Assembly: GCA_951406725.2 (NCBI GenBank)
Contig: OX597815.1
Coordinates: 52,762,001 to 52,826,000 of the forward strand
Direction of reading: 5' to 3'
DNA length: 64,000 nucleotides
Source: Octopus vulgaris
Taxonomy: Eukaryota
Shown: positions 39,916 through 52,835 of the stretch, one piece after another
Position numbering within the stretch: position 1 is the stretch's first letter
Layout of the letters: every line of letters starts with the position of its first letter
Made by a program: the position numbers and the translations under genes
Notes under the pieces: generated by a model
Told to the model about the DNA's origin: nothing
The model's database searches: none
The model's input: only the letters and a program-made list of their open reading frames with translations

Positions 39916-40613
39916 TTAATAAATAAAATATATGCATACATACATACATACATATATGTACGTACCTATATCTACATGTATATATACATGCATATATAAA
40001 TATATATACGTGAGTACAGGACACCACAAATAGACGTAGAACTCAACGAGAAACGAAAACGTAAAAACAAACATGGAAACGGACCTTTTTTTTTAATAAC
40101 GAAAAAACAGAGTACAAGACAAACAACACAAGGAAACTTCCCCTTCATCAGCTGTCCCTAGTTCGACTCCATGCGTGTTTCGAAGGTGAGGACAGAACAC
40201 GACTCGTCGAACTAACCCTTCCTGCGAAAGAATTAAATAAAATTCCTTTGCAGAGGGGTAAAAACAAGGAAAGAAAAAAATGTGACAAAAACAGGACGTA
40301 AAAACGATACAAATAAAATTACAAAATAAAAATACAATTACAAAAAAATACAGTACAAGAAATAAAAACAAACAAGAAAACAAACAATGAGGGCCTTTTT
40401 TGGCCTAGACGAGGAAAGATTTTTAAGAGCGCAGGAAAAAAGCGTGTTCACTTGTAAGGAGACCGCAAGCGAAAGGAAGTGGTCGCCCAGCTGTGAGAGA
40501 GATGAGGAGGAGTGAGAGAGAGAGAGAGAGAGAGGAAAGGAAACCAGAAAGGGCGAAAAAGTGAGACAGGCAAAGAGGAAGACAAGGAAGGAAGGGAAGG
40601 TCAAGCAAAGGGT

Positions 40614-40656
<43 letters not shown>

Positions 40657-41669
40657 CCTTTAGCTATGCATATATATATATATATATAACTGAATCCGGT
40701 TAACATTATAGAAACAGAATTTAAATGTTCCCTTTCTACATCCCGATCTTGATGATGATAGGGAAACTGAATGTGGTGTTGATAAAATCTCAAATGATTA
40801 GGTTAAAATTTAATTAACATAAACTATAATAGTTAATTCCAGAAATACCAACACATCAAGTACGCACGATATTTTCTATAGTATGTATATCCAGTAAGAA
40901 ATCATTTCGTAATTCTTTCCGTTATTTATATACTTGTTTTATTTTGTATTTTAAAAAAATTCTGTAGTTTGGAGATTCTTTTCCTCCTTCCCTTCTTTAT
41001 TGTCTTCCTACTACTTTACAAAATTATTGAATCATGTATGAAAAAAAAAACGTTGTTTTCAACGTAATAATGTTCATATTGAATTGAGATATTTCTGCTA
41101 GTTGTATGTTGGAGTGTCCGTGTATGCGTATGTAATGTGTGTGTATGTTTATATGAGTTAGTGAATGAGGGAGTGAGTGAATGAGAGAAAGAGAGAGAGA
41201 GAGAGGGGGAGTAGAAAGAGAAAAATGGACGAAAGACAGCAAAAGTGGAAAGATTAATCGATGGAATTGAAATCCACCAACATCATGCGATACCGCCTTT
41301 AGATATTTCTTTCTTGATTAAAGTATGGACGCTGAGAACACACTTCTGCGCTATAAAACAAATATCAGTCCATGGATTAATCATCATCATCGGCATCATC
41401 GTCATCAGCGCACAACCACCGCCACCACCATCGCAATCACCGTCACCACAGACACCGACACTGTCGCTGCCACCGCTGCTGTGCTTCCACTGACGCTGCT
41501 CCCGCTGCTACCCACCACCAAAAACAACAACAACAACAACAATTTGAATTTTGATTCTACCAAGGTTTTAGTGCAAAGTAGTGCAAAAACGAGCATAACT
41601 TCTTTGGTTAACTGATATAAGTTGTTCAAATTGTTGATAAAGTAACTATTCTTCTATACAAAGGCACCA

Positions 41670-42610
41670 CTGAGAGAGTCTCCATCACAAGCGATACATT
41701 TGCGCTATCGCTAAACCCAGCTTTCCAATCCTCTTTGAAAAAAATGTAAGTTCTCGCTCTTGTATCCACTTCTTCACAGTCACTTTCACGCGCTCTGAGT
41801 CATAAGATCGTTGTCCCTGAAGACTCCTTGAGTGGATCGAATTAAATGGAAGTCAGATGGCGCCAGATCCAATCTTTATGGTAGATGATAGACTATCAAC
41901 AAAATCAGTTTGATGATTGTTTGATTTGTTGCCGAAATGGATTGTGGTCACGTATCGTCATGGTGAATGTAGATAGTTTTCAGATTTTTACTCCGTCTCT
42001 TCCTCCTAATGATGTGTCTAAGCTATTTGAGTATCTCAATGTAGCGTTCGCTGGTCACAGTAAAACAACGTTTCAAAACAATCAAGGAGAAAGACAGCTT
42101 CGTCAATCCCCGAAACTGTACAATAACTTTCTCTGCCGATCGCTAGCTCTCGAACATTTTATGCATTCATACTATTCTATGGACTGAGCCTTCATTTCCA
42201 AACCATAATGATGCAATTAAGATTTGTCCTATGTTACACAGTTGGAAAAAGTGCTTCAATTGCTTCAGCAGATCAGAGCAGACTTCCGCTGTTTTCGCCT
42301 TCAGATCTGGTGTGGACTGCTGAGGTACCCTCTTTGCACATACTTTCCGATATCCAACGTTTTCCACCATCTTCTGTACTGTATTGTGACCGCATCCTCT
42401 TATTCAGTAAGATCAAGGATTGTGATTTGCCTGTTCACGCGAATTAGTGTTCACTCGCTGACGATGCGTGTCAATGGTTGCAGTTGTTGGTCTCCTACTG
42501 CGTCTTTTGTCTTGAATGCTGGTTTCTCCCTCTTTAAACTTCTTCATACACCTGTGCACATTGTTTTTGTCAATTGTGTCATCTCCGTAAACCTACACAT
42601 TCTGAGAATG
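41670..42610 (-). pseudogene. mariner transposase remnant
   Basis: GYRKVCAKRVPQ (WVP motif), HHDD (HDNA-like) at ~41955-41967 and LDLAPSDFHL (YSPDLAPSD motif) at ~41845-41875, with many stops. Confidence 0.8.
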
Positions 42611-42809
42611 TCGGACAGCCTGCAACTCTCATTCAAGAACTGAATGACAACACATTCCCTCTTGCTGGAAAACCCTTTATTTGCCTACCGTGAAGAACAG
42701 GAAGAAGATTTAAAGAGAAAGGGTTACTCTATAAACATGTGACCTATGTGGGTTAAGAAAAAAGTTTTGCCCATTTTGTATTACTTAAGAGGAGAAGTTA
42801 AACTCTGCA

Positions 42810-42957
42810 AAAAGAAAGCGAAATGCTTAGCGGCAATTCATCCGTCTTTCATGCTTTCGTGATCGATAAAATAAATACCAATTGAGCACTGGGGTCGATG
42901 TAATCGACTTACCCCTCCCCCGAACTTGCCGGCCTTGTATCAAAATTTGAAACCAAT
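42810..42957 (+). mobile_element. SINE family A with internal deletion
   Basis: gcgaaatgcttagcggc ... gataaaataaatacca..ctggggtcgatgtaatcgac..ggccttgtatcaaaatttgaaacc. Confidence 0.7.
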
Positions 42958-44271
42958 TTTACACAGTGCAATCGCTGTTGACAGCAGTAAGTTGTCTCGT
43001 TAAACCTTTACAGCTAGGTTGGAGCAGGACATTTGAAACTCGAGTTTCTTGAACACAGATGCAGTGCAGAGTAGTACCGACGAGTAAATATGAACTATTG
43101 ATCACTGGACTAATTGAAAACCAGCTACCCTATCCACAGAATCATCTCTGCGCTCCTGTTTAGAAACATTATAGCCTCACGAAATGAAGTGTGCAAGTTA
43201 ACAATACGGTAATCTAAACAATAAAAAATTGTTTAGGTTGCTGAGACCTGTGTTGCATCCGGAATAAAAGCAAGCCTCGACATGCAGTCGGTCGGTATGT
43301 ATAAAATTAAAAAAAGATATATCAACGAATATTCGGATATTCTTTTCATATCATTTATATGCCAGAAGGAAGAAACACTTCAGCTTTTCATATTCAATCG
43401 ATACATTTTAAAAATGTAAAATCACAACAAAATGCTATAAAATTAAATTAAAAAAAGATGAGGAACGGAGGGATATGAAAATACATTATCAAACATAATA
43501 TTCACATGTTTTTAGTGAGAATTTCCAGTGAAGTTGTGCAAGATGAAACAGCTGCTCTGCCTCGTGCTAAGCTATTTATTATTCTACAGAATGAGATATA
43601 AATAATTGTATCTTTTGTTCTCGTGGCATGGCAATACATCCAACTGCTTCTCTGTCTATCTGTCTGTCTCTCTCATACATACACGTGCATATATACACAC
43701 ACGCACGCACGTACACGCACGCACACACACGCACACATACACACACAATAATATCAAGTGCACAAACACAAAAATGGCCTATATTTTGTTCAGGTTTGCT
43801 AATGCTCTGCAGCCAATAGAGTTAGTCAGTAACCAACACCAAACGTATTGCCGACAGGCTTTCATGTCGACGTTTCAGAAGACAACCACTGGCTGTCGAT
43901 TTAGGTTTCTAATATCTACATTTTCAAGATGGAAGGTCATCTCTTCATAACCCAAAGACAAGTCATTCAAAATATTATGTAAGTTACATTTCAAGATTGG
44001 ATTCAGATATAAATAAATAAAACAAGTCAAAAGCGTCAATAAACTTTACGCGTCACAAATTGTAAGAAGAATGTAAGAAGAAATTGTTATGTATTCAGGG
44101 TGTTCAGAGATGCTTCCCAACGCAATGTGTATTGGAAAATGTAGAATAAATTGAATGAATTTAAACTATAGATTTTAAACTCTTTACTTTAAACCCATAG
44201 TTTCACAACATTAATTTTATCTCCTCTCTCTCTCTCTCTCTCTCTCACCCCCCCTCTCTCTCTCTCTCTTT

Positions 44272-45348
44272 ATAAAGTATATTGAAAAGGCATGGAAGAG
44301 ATACCTAGACGACTGCTTCATAATCTGGACAGAATCTCTAAATACTCTGGAAGAGTTCAATATCCTCCTGAACAACCTACACCCATCTCTCCAATTTACA
44401 AAGGAGATGAGTAGTACCAAATTACCATTCCTAGATATAATGGTAATTAAAAAAGACACCACCATCACCACAGATATATACTATAAACACACAGACACAC
44501 ATCAATACCTACATTTTAAGTCGTGCCATCCACCACATACAAAACGTAACATCTCATACTGCCTAGCCAGAAGAATTTGTACCATTGTATAAGATGCAAA
44601 TATCAGGAACAAACGCCTAATAGAACTAAGAGAATTTTTGCTCAAACGAAAATACCCATCTCTACTTATAGAAAATGGCATACAGCGGGCTATAAAAATA
44701 CCCATACAACAACATAGGACAACCCAAGGAAGAGGAAAACAAGAACAAGTCATACCATTCATAGTGACACACAACCCATGTCACCAGAATATCTTCAACA
44801 TTGCCAAAGCAAACCTACCAATCATTGCCCAAAGTAATGAATTAAAAGACATAATCACGGATCAAGCTATGGTGCTTAGTAAAAGACAGCCTAAAAACTT
44901 GAAAACATTACTAACAAAGGCAAAATTTGACCTTAGCAACAAAGACCAAACATTCACGGTATCTAAATGCAATGATAGCCCATGTGGCACATGCCAATTC
45001 ATACATACCGGTCAATATATAAACACAAAAACCGGGAAAATATTCACAAACGCGAATATGAACTGCAAAAGCAGAAATTTAATTTACTGCATCAAATGCC
45101 CAAATTGTGAAGAAATATATGTAGGTCAGACGGGAAACGCACTATTAGAACGCTCACGTGTACACCGGCAACAGATTAGAGACCCAGAGGTCCGTCAGAT
45201 ACCTTTGAGTAACCACCTAGCAACATGTGGCCGGAAAATGTATATACTATTTCCGTTCTACAAATTACACAGCCCAAGTGAAATCGAGAGGAGAATCAGA
45301 GAAAAGAATTGTATTGATAAATTCGAACCCAAGCTAAATAAGCAATAA
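44272..45348 (+). pseudogene. PLE RT (C-terminal half) + GIY-YIG endonuclease; one in-frame stop at 44590
   Basis: Motifs WKRYLDDCFIIW, LPFLDI, TDIYYKHTDTHQYL, CNDSPCGTC, LIYCIKCPNCEEIYVGQTG and PKLN. Confidence 0.92.
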
Positions 45349-45842
45349 TAATAATACTTAGAGGTACTACTTCCACTGCTACGACCATGACCACTAACAA
45401 CAACAACAATACTAAAGGTGATCAAGATGAAGATAGCAGAAAAATTAACTTATTTAGGGTTAAAAGTTCTATTGCCACCACCATCACCACTAGCAACAAT
45501 AATTAAGGTGCTGACAATGATGATGATGACGATTGAAATATAAAAATATAAAAATCTCTGACAAAGGATATTTACAACATTTCTAAAAATAACCCAACAA
45601 TTGCTGCTTCGGCGAGGGTCAAAATACAGGACTCTTGACATGTCCAACAAAGCGTGATGCCTAAACCAATCAGCTCAACCAACCAATCAGCTTAAGTAAT
45701 TGAGTGATACTACACACTGATTGGTCAGAATACAGTTTGCAAAACCTAGCACTCTGGAGCCTACTCAGCTGTATTTATAGCACAGAATCAATCATCTTGC
45801 TACAGTCAAAAATTGTGAAGCATGACTGTCACCACTACTACA

Positions 45843-45887
45843 TGAACCCGAAGATTGCAGAATTCAATGCATGAAAGTACTAGTTCA
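45843..45887 (+). ncRNA. Minimal hammerhead ribozyme, CCGAAGA (U4C) core
   Basis: tgaac CCGAAGA t-tgca-gaattcaa-tgca-t GAAA GTAC TA gttca, with a perfect 5-bp stem I and palindrome AGTACT. Confidence 0.85.
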
Positions 45888-46016
45888 ATCAGAATGAACA
45901 TTTAACATTCTACTATTTCATTTTATTTTATTCAATTATAATATATTATCTTGTAATATATCATTATAAGATTGTAAATAAAACGTGAAAATCAGACAAG
46001 GTTGGAATTCCTTTTA

Positions 46017-46073
<57 letters not shown>

Positions 46074-46074
46074 T

Positions 46075-46290
46075 AGTTCAAATTTACAGAAAACAATGGC
46101 AAAGACAGGTGAAGGAAAAACAAGCAAGTGCTTTAGTTTAACGCTTGGGGTGAATGAAAAAGTCTTCGACATTTAGACCCTACGCTCTTCGACAGAAAGA
46201 GTTGAGAGGGGAAAAATCAGAGAGAGGACAAAAAAAACGGAGAGAGAAAAAATGTGTAGGGATTAACAGTTCAACATGATGAAATGGCCT
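46075..46290 (-). mobile_element. Solo pLTR fragment with decayed CUGUCGA hammerhead
   Basis: Homologous to 7640-7850 and 57875-58080. Confidence 0.7.
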
Positions 46291-47113
46291 ATCTATCTGT
46301 CATTCTGCCTGTCTATCTATCCCCATGCATGTTATAAAAATAAACTAAGATGAAATAAATAACCCAGAAGGGCCAGTGAATGGAACTTGAAAATAAATAC
46401 GAATAGAGGTATATTCATTAACATAGTGGATAAAATCACGATTTATTGAAAATATTTCCGCTTCTAGAGACGGTAGACCAATTGCTTGAAGCAGTTAGTA
46501 TCAGATCCTAAAGAGAAGGGGATATACTCCTAAGAATCGAGAACTCTCCAAAATTGACATATTGTAAGAAAAAGTCTGAATACAGGAAGACATATTCATA
46601 TTTCAGTTTCAATAGACGCCAGCACATGCTAACTTAAATTCAGCAGACATGACGATAAGATACAAACAAAAAGTAAAATGCATGGTTGAGGTAATTTGTA
46701 TAAATAAAAAGAAAGTGTGCGAAGGGAAATAACTCAGAGGTACAAGTGACACGTTTCAGCAACAAGAGATGAATTAAAAGTATATTACATAATATGCGGT
46801 ATAAAATTTTGATATATTAAAACTATATCTGCTTCCAGAGATGATAAGCAAACTGCACTTTGGCAACTGGCACTAATTCCAAATAAAAACGGGAAATAAA
46901 CTCAAGAATAAAGAATTTTATAAAGTTGCCATGCCAGTAATGAAGAGGTATCCTGGTTGTCTGAAGACAAGAGGATAGCCGTGGATTCTAACTGCTACCA
47001 AGCCATTGGTCGATCTTCTCAGGAAGCAGAGATAATTTTAATAAATCATGAATTTATCATATATATTATTGAATGTATTTCTACTCATCTTACCTTTCTG
47101 TGTATCAATCCAA

Positions 47114-47151
<38 letters not shown>

Positions 47152-48059
47152 CATACACATTAACGTATATATCCATATATATACATACGTACACATAAAT
47201 GCATCTGTATTTACATATAAATACGCACACATATATAACGTAAGACCTATGTGCACGCATCTGTATACACACACGCACATATATACATATACATATATAC
47301 ATATATATGCATATATATGCACACACATAAACACACTCACACGCATATATATACATATCTATCTATATATGTATGTATGTAAATATATATAGATATATAT
47401 GTATATATGTATATATGTATTGCGTGTGCGATATGTAAACGTACGTTTCATGAGTAAATTTATAATGCATTTACGGTAGGCATATGTAATATACATACAA
47501 TAAAATACTTACATAAGCATATTTATATGCTAATATCTACATACCAATCTACCTAAATACCGTTGCATGTGTGCACACTCATGTATGCAGACACATACGC
47601 ATACACATATATACACGCATATTTAAACATACGCACACACGCACATAGACATACAAACACACACATACACAAATACACGTACTTGCAGATTTCCAGAATA
47701 AGATATAAAATAGACGTTGAAACTTAACTGCCAGCATTATTCAGCTTTCTCATCCGTCAAATATAGCGAAATGCATTTGGTGAGATTTATGCGGTCAGCA
47801 GTCTATAATATATAGATATAATGCAGATATACATATTTCCATTGAGCCCAAGATAGCAATACACTCATATTAAATGTAAGTGAATTGCAATATATCTTAT
47901 TCAATAATATATTTCTGGCTTAGAATATGTAAATTTACCTTTAAGAAACGGCTCGTATCGATCAAAGAAATAAAGGTCACTTGTAGCGATTTGGATAACA
48001 AAAAAAAGAAGCAAAATAGTGAAGAATTTCACGTTAAACTTTGAGAACTCTTGTATATT

Positions 48060-49250
48060 TATACTGTTCCGCTTACAAATTGTTGTCGTTAATTGAGTGT
48101 TAGCTGATCGTTTTCGTTGCCTGGAACCCCAACTTTTCGCGCGCACCAATAATTGTAAGCATAAATGTGAATTTATAACCTGAGTAAAGAAGCAGTTGCT
48201 TCCGAAGCAATAATACATGAAATCCTCCTTTTCAGATTCTAAAAGGAAATTGTTGAGTAGCTGATTTCTATTTCTAAACCAAATTTTGCTTTTCTGCCTG
48301 TTTGTATTGGGTGGAAGTGTTAATGGGAATGCTTCACCAATATTCCTTGTGTATGTATGAATCGAGTAGCAGGAGCATTCTCTATAGTTATCTTAAGGAA
48401 GAGTTTCCTACGGATGGTCTTAATCTAGAAGGATGAGCAGTACCCATGATTCTTCACATGCCTTCCAGGACCATGGAAGATGGGAGAAAAGGGAGGGGTG
48501 AAAATGAATTCTAAAACTGGAGGCCTGGCCTAAATGCTTGTAAGAGAGTGGTCTACGCTAAAGGTAGTCAAGGATTAGGTGGTGTGAAGTCAGGCAGTGT
48601 ATTAAATCTGTCTAAGATACGATAGGATTTGAACTTCGAACGCAATTAAGTTGAACAAATATCGCAATGAATTTCCTGAGACGACCTAACGCTTCTGCCC
48701 TGAGCTATACTTTATTTATTGATCGCAGAAGAGTTAAAGGCAAAATTGATCTCGGCTAGATTTGACCTCTGAATACACCGCATTTTCATCCGACGCTTAA
48801 TCGAGTGTGCCACTTCCCTACCGGCGTCTGCATCATATGACATTAACGATTTAGGGCACAGTTGCTAATCATAAGCGGAATATCTTCCACAAAAAGTGGC
48901 CTGTTGTTACTTTCAATACCATTCTTAAGCTTTAAATTCTCCACTGTCTCTTTTGTTCAATGTATATCTTAGAGTTACCTCTAGTTTTTAGATGGCAAAA
49001 GTACAAACATCAAAGTGCGGCGCGTTGTGACAGCCATTAGTCCAAAAGAGGCTAGGTTTCTTGTGAATTTTAGATTCTTTGTCGAGTGTACAGGTAATAT
49101 ACCGATGCATAAACTTTTAGCGGTGTGTTGAGTGTTTGTCTTTCAAGATTTCGATGACTCATGCTTTTCCCAGCAATTCTGGCAATGAATACTTCTTGCA
49201 GGGCTCACTGCCGATCCATTTCATGTTGTTCTCTTCAATTCTGAGAACTT
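48060..49250 (-). mobile_element. Highly decayed LINE remnant (possibly I-group with RNase H)
   Basis: The minus strand near 48100-48155 reads YWCARKVGVPGNENDQL, resembling the RNase H motif WvP.HvGi.GNE.AD.L. Weak RT-like fragments lie upstream, and SINE pieces interrupt it at ~48620-48820. Confidence 0.35.
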
Positions 49251-49483
49251 GGTTCATAGAATTATTTTTGCTGCTATTGTTTAACAGATGCTAAACATAC
49301 ACATGCATATATGTGTTTATAAGGGAAGACCGAATGGAGGACCAAACAGGACTGGTGCAGTATATTTCAGGACAAGACAGGGCTGGGAGTCAGCCTGAGC
49401 AGCGCTAAAAAGAAGATGAACAATCGGGATGTTTGAAGAAGGCTCGTTGCCCGTTGTGCTGATAGCACTGAAGGATCTAAGAG

Positions 49484-49541
<58 letters not shown>

Positions 49542-49609
49542 TTGTATATATATGTCTGTGTGTGTTGTGTGTGAGTATTTATACACACGTACACGCACGC
49601 ACACACACT

Positions 49610-49655
<46 letters not shown>

Positions 49656-50441
49656 AGATTAGTGTAGTCTATACCAAGAAGAGTGAACTAGAGTTATAGT
49701 TATTGAGAAAGTCCCTTGAGTGTAAGTTGGAAATAAAGACGTCAAAGGGGAAAAAAAGAAAAAAAGAAATGAGAGAATACAGGCTTACACTTCACCTCAT
49801 CTTTCAATATTTCTTGCTATAAATGTCCTTATCTAGTAATAGAGGATAGTCAGAAGACCTCAAATTTGTACGGTAAAGGTGTGATGTATGCACGGATTGA
49901 TAATAATAAATTAACCACTCATTGTCGGGCAATTGTTTTCTGTTGTTAAGAGTAGTCCGTAATTGATTTAATTTTATGACCAATTCTCATGATTTCATGC
50001 ATTCCTTCAATAGCCCTGCTGGTCACCATGACCTCCTAGCAATGGCTTTTATTCATAGCTCATCTGTGTTCTTTTTCATAGACCTGTAATCAAAGGATCC
50101 CACTGTATGTATAAGTTCTATGGCTCACTACACAAACTCGAAAATATATGTCCATCTTGTTGATGTGTCAGTTAGTCAATATTCATGTCATGTAGCCGTC
50201 GGTAAGCAGATAATTATTTTTAAATCACCATATATATGTTCGTTCTAAAAACTCAGTTCCTTTTACTTATGCCTTTCTTTTTCTAGTCTTTTCTTCTCTT
50301 ACCTCCATTGTTTTCTTTTTCCTTTCTTGCTATCAATTTCCGAAATTACCACTTTTCATTGGGAACCGTCTCTTATAACCATGGTATAAAACACACACAC
50401 ACGCACGTACACACACACGTGCACACACACACACGCACGCA

Positions 50442-50472
<31 letters not shown>

Positions 50473-50609
50473 GAGATGTTGCGTCTGTCCAACATCAAAA
50501 TATTAGACATCTTCTGGATCTCGAGTATTACTTGAACATTCTTGTCATAATTATTACTTATAATTTCAAGTAAAATTGACCCTACTTAGCTAACCTAAGA
50601 GGACGCACC

Positions 50610-50651
<42 letters not shown>

Positions 50652-50655
<4 letters not shown>

Positions 50656-50852
50656 TTAATCGAAACAAGAAAGCACAAAAAAAAACACAACAACGCGAGG
50701 ACGTGGAACAAATACAGTATTATTGGACGCTCAGGAAAGAAGGAAAGAAGGAGGGTTTAACGTTTCGAGCGGAGCTCTTCGTCGGAAACATAGAAGGAAA
50801 GATCCAGAGAAGGGACGACAGAGGAAAAAAATCGCCAACGGTACACACGCGG

Positions 50853-50855
<3 letters not shown>
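50652..50855 (-). mobile_element. Solo pLTR fragment (related copy at 61245-61440)
   Basis: Lies between (TA)n and (CA)n, and contains an HHR. Confidence 0.7.
50755..50789 (-). ncRNA. Minimal hammerhead ribozyme, CCGACGA core
   Basis: Minus strand: gttt CCGACGA a-gagc-tcc-gctc GAAA CG TT aaac. Confidence 0.75.
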
Positions 50856-50914
<59 letters not shown>

Positions 50915-50915
<1 letters not shown>

Positions 50916-51418
50916 ATTCATAAATGAGGGCAAAGGAAAAAAATTCAACTAACTCACTCTGTGAGAGCCTCAGTTCAAATCGCACGTGCCTCGAATGGGC
51001 TGGAGTATTTCTATTTAGGATGTATTTGGGGTACTTAGTTGTGCCCATGACTTAGTATTTGCTTCTTCCATGGGTGTGAGTAAGTATCTCATTTATTTCT
51101 TTTGCCACATGTATCACTGACGAAGAGAGGGCTCTTAGTAGCTAACTCTGAAATCGGTCCGATATGGTAATAATGGAAGTTTTTAGAAATTTCTGTCGAC
51201 CTTTTTTCGAGTAGCGTGCGTATTGTGAAAGAATTATATGGTTAATGGAGAATATGTCAAATTTTTCGGCATATTTGGTATTAGATTTTTTTTCCTTTGC
51301 CCTCATTTATGAATTGTTTATAAATTTAACCGTTAAAGGTGTTTTTTAACATGCTGGCCATTGATGAAGTTTTTTTCGAGAAAATATTGTTTTTCGAAAA
51401 GAATTTTATCCTCACATT

Positions 51419-51420
<2 letters not shown>
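50915..51420 (+). mobile_element. pLTR-derived element with a short inverted 5' end
   Basis: aattcataaatgagggcaaaggaaaaaaa (50915-50943) is inverted at ~51286-51315. It has an internal HHR and is flanked by (TA)n. Confidence 0.75.
51112..51169 (+). ncRNA. Type I hammerhead ribozyme
   Basis: tatca CTGACGA agag...ctct GAAA TCGG-T-CCGA TA tggta. Confidence 0.8.
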
Positions 51421-51497
<77 letters not shown>

Positions 51498-51510
51498 GAG
51501 ACAGACAGAC

Positions 51511-51541
<31 letters not shown>

Positions 51542-51617
51542 TTCAGATGAGTATGGTAGTTGAGACAACATAATTTAGTACGGTACTATCCATGCAATTT
51601 CAAAATAAGGTGATTAA

Positions 51618-51763
51618 AATCAAACTAAGCAACAAGGATATCCATTGGTAATACAGTACGATCGTTTCAAGCAACTCCATTTAAAATTTTTGCATTGTTC
51701 ATTTGAATGGAGTTGCTTGAATCAATGCTGCATTACCTCTGGATATCTTTGTTGCTTATTTTG

Positions 51764-51766
<3 letters not shown>
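51618..51766. repeat. Fold-back (imperfect palindrome) of a pLTR 3' end
   Basis: The arms aatcaaactaagcaacaaggatatcca..tcaagcaactccatt and aatggagttgcttga..tggatatctttgttgcttattttgatt are inverted. The left arm carries GAAACGATCGTA on the minus strand. Confidence 0.75.
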
Positions 51767-51797
<31 letters not shown>

Positions 51798-51805
<8 letters not shown>

Positions 51806-52007
51806 ATTGAGGTAATCAGATCAGATGGTTCATATTTGTAGATATTTATTTATATATTACATTTTTTACATATATATCATATCATTCGGATTAGCGCTTG
51901 CTCCCATTCTAGTGGGTTTTCAAATCAAATCAGTTGTGGGTAGTTTGAACCTTTTTATAGTTTCGTAGTAGTGGGTGAGGAGGAAGTGAGACAGAGAGAA
52001 AATATGT

Positions 52008-52075
<68 letters not shown>

Positions 52076-52283
52076 ATTTATATCTGAGAGTGAAGAAGTG
52101 TTATTTCCGTTGGTCTGCTGGACCCCCTGTGGTTTTATAAGAACTTTGGCTGTCCATTTCAATGTCACTGAGTGTGTGTTGTGCATAGGTTGGCCTGGCA
52201 AATGTCATTTGGGGTCACACTTTCTATGATCATTCTGTGGAGGTGTGTGTGTGTGTGTGTCTCTGTGTGTCTGTGTGTGTTTT

Positions 52284-52321
<38 letters not shown>

Positions 52322-52420
52322 TGTGTGTGTCTGTGTGTTTGGAGAAGGGGAGAGAGACAAAAAGAGAAAAGGGAAAATAAAAATAATAATAATAAAAATA
52401 AAGATAAAAAATTAAAAAAT
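51798..52420 (-). repeat. 3' pseudo-LTR arm
   Basis: Inverted copy of 55838-56464. Confidence 0.9.
51885..51929 (-). ncRNA. Hammerhead-like motif, U3-A8 / GCAA variant
   Basis: Reverse complement of 56333-56377. Confidence 0.55.
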
Positions 52421-52835
52421 AAAATAAAATAAAAACAAAAAATAAAAAATAAAATAAAAAAATATAAAGAATAAATAAAAATATAAAGAATAAAAAATAA
52501 AAAAATAAAAATAAAAATAAAAATAAAAATAAGGGAGGAAGTGGAGAAGAAAAAATATTTTTGTGTGTTGATATTTATACCAACACATATATATACACAC
52601 ACACAGACTTATACATAAAATATTTGAAAAAACCTTTTTATCGGTTCAAAATGAACAACCAAATTATACCATCTTGAAAGTTGTATGTCATAGGAAAGTT
52701 AAAATTAAAGTGACAATTAAAGGGTAAAGATGGAAGTGAATTATAAAGATAATAATATAATATGATGTATATAACAGGCAATACACACATCTACACACAC
52801 ACAGATTTTTCCTTCAATGTATGTTGAGTAAAGTT

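Larger units (their letters stand above)
44272..46020 (+). mobile_element. 5'-truncated Penelope-like element (Neptune-like)
   Basis: RT/GIY-YIG frame, then a 3' repeat with an HHR, ending at (TA)n. Confidence 0.92.

Noticed and set aside
46420-46960. Possible decayed non-LTR RT fragment (GNK..AMPVM.RY-like)
   Set aside because: Only one weak motif, so it cannot be supported without a search.
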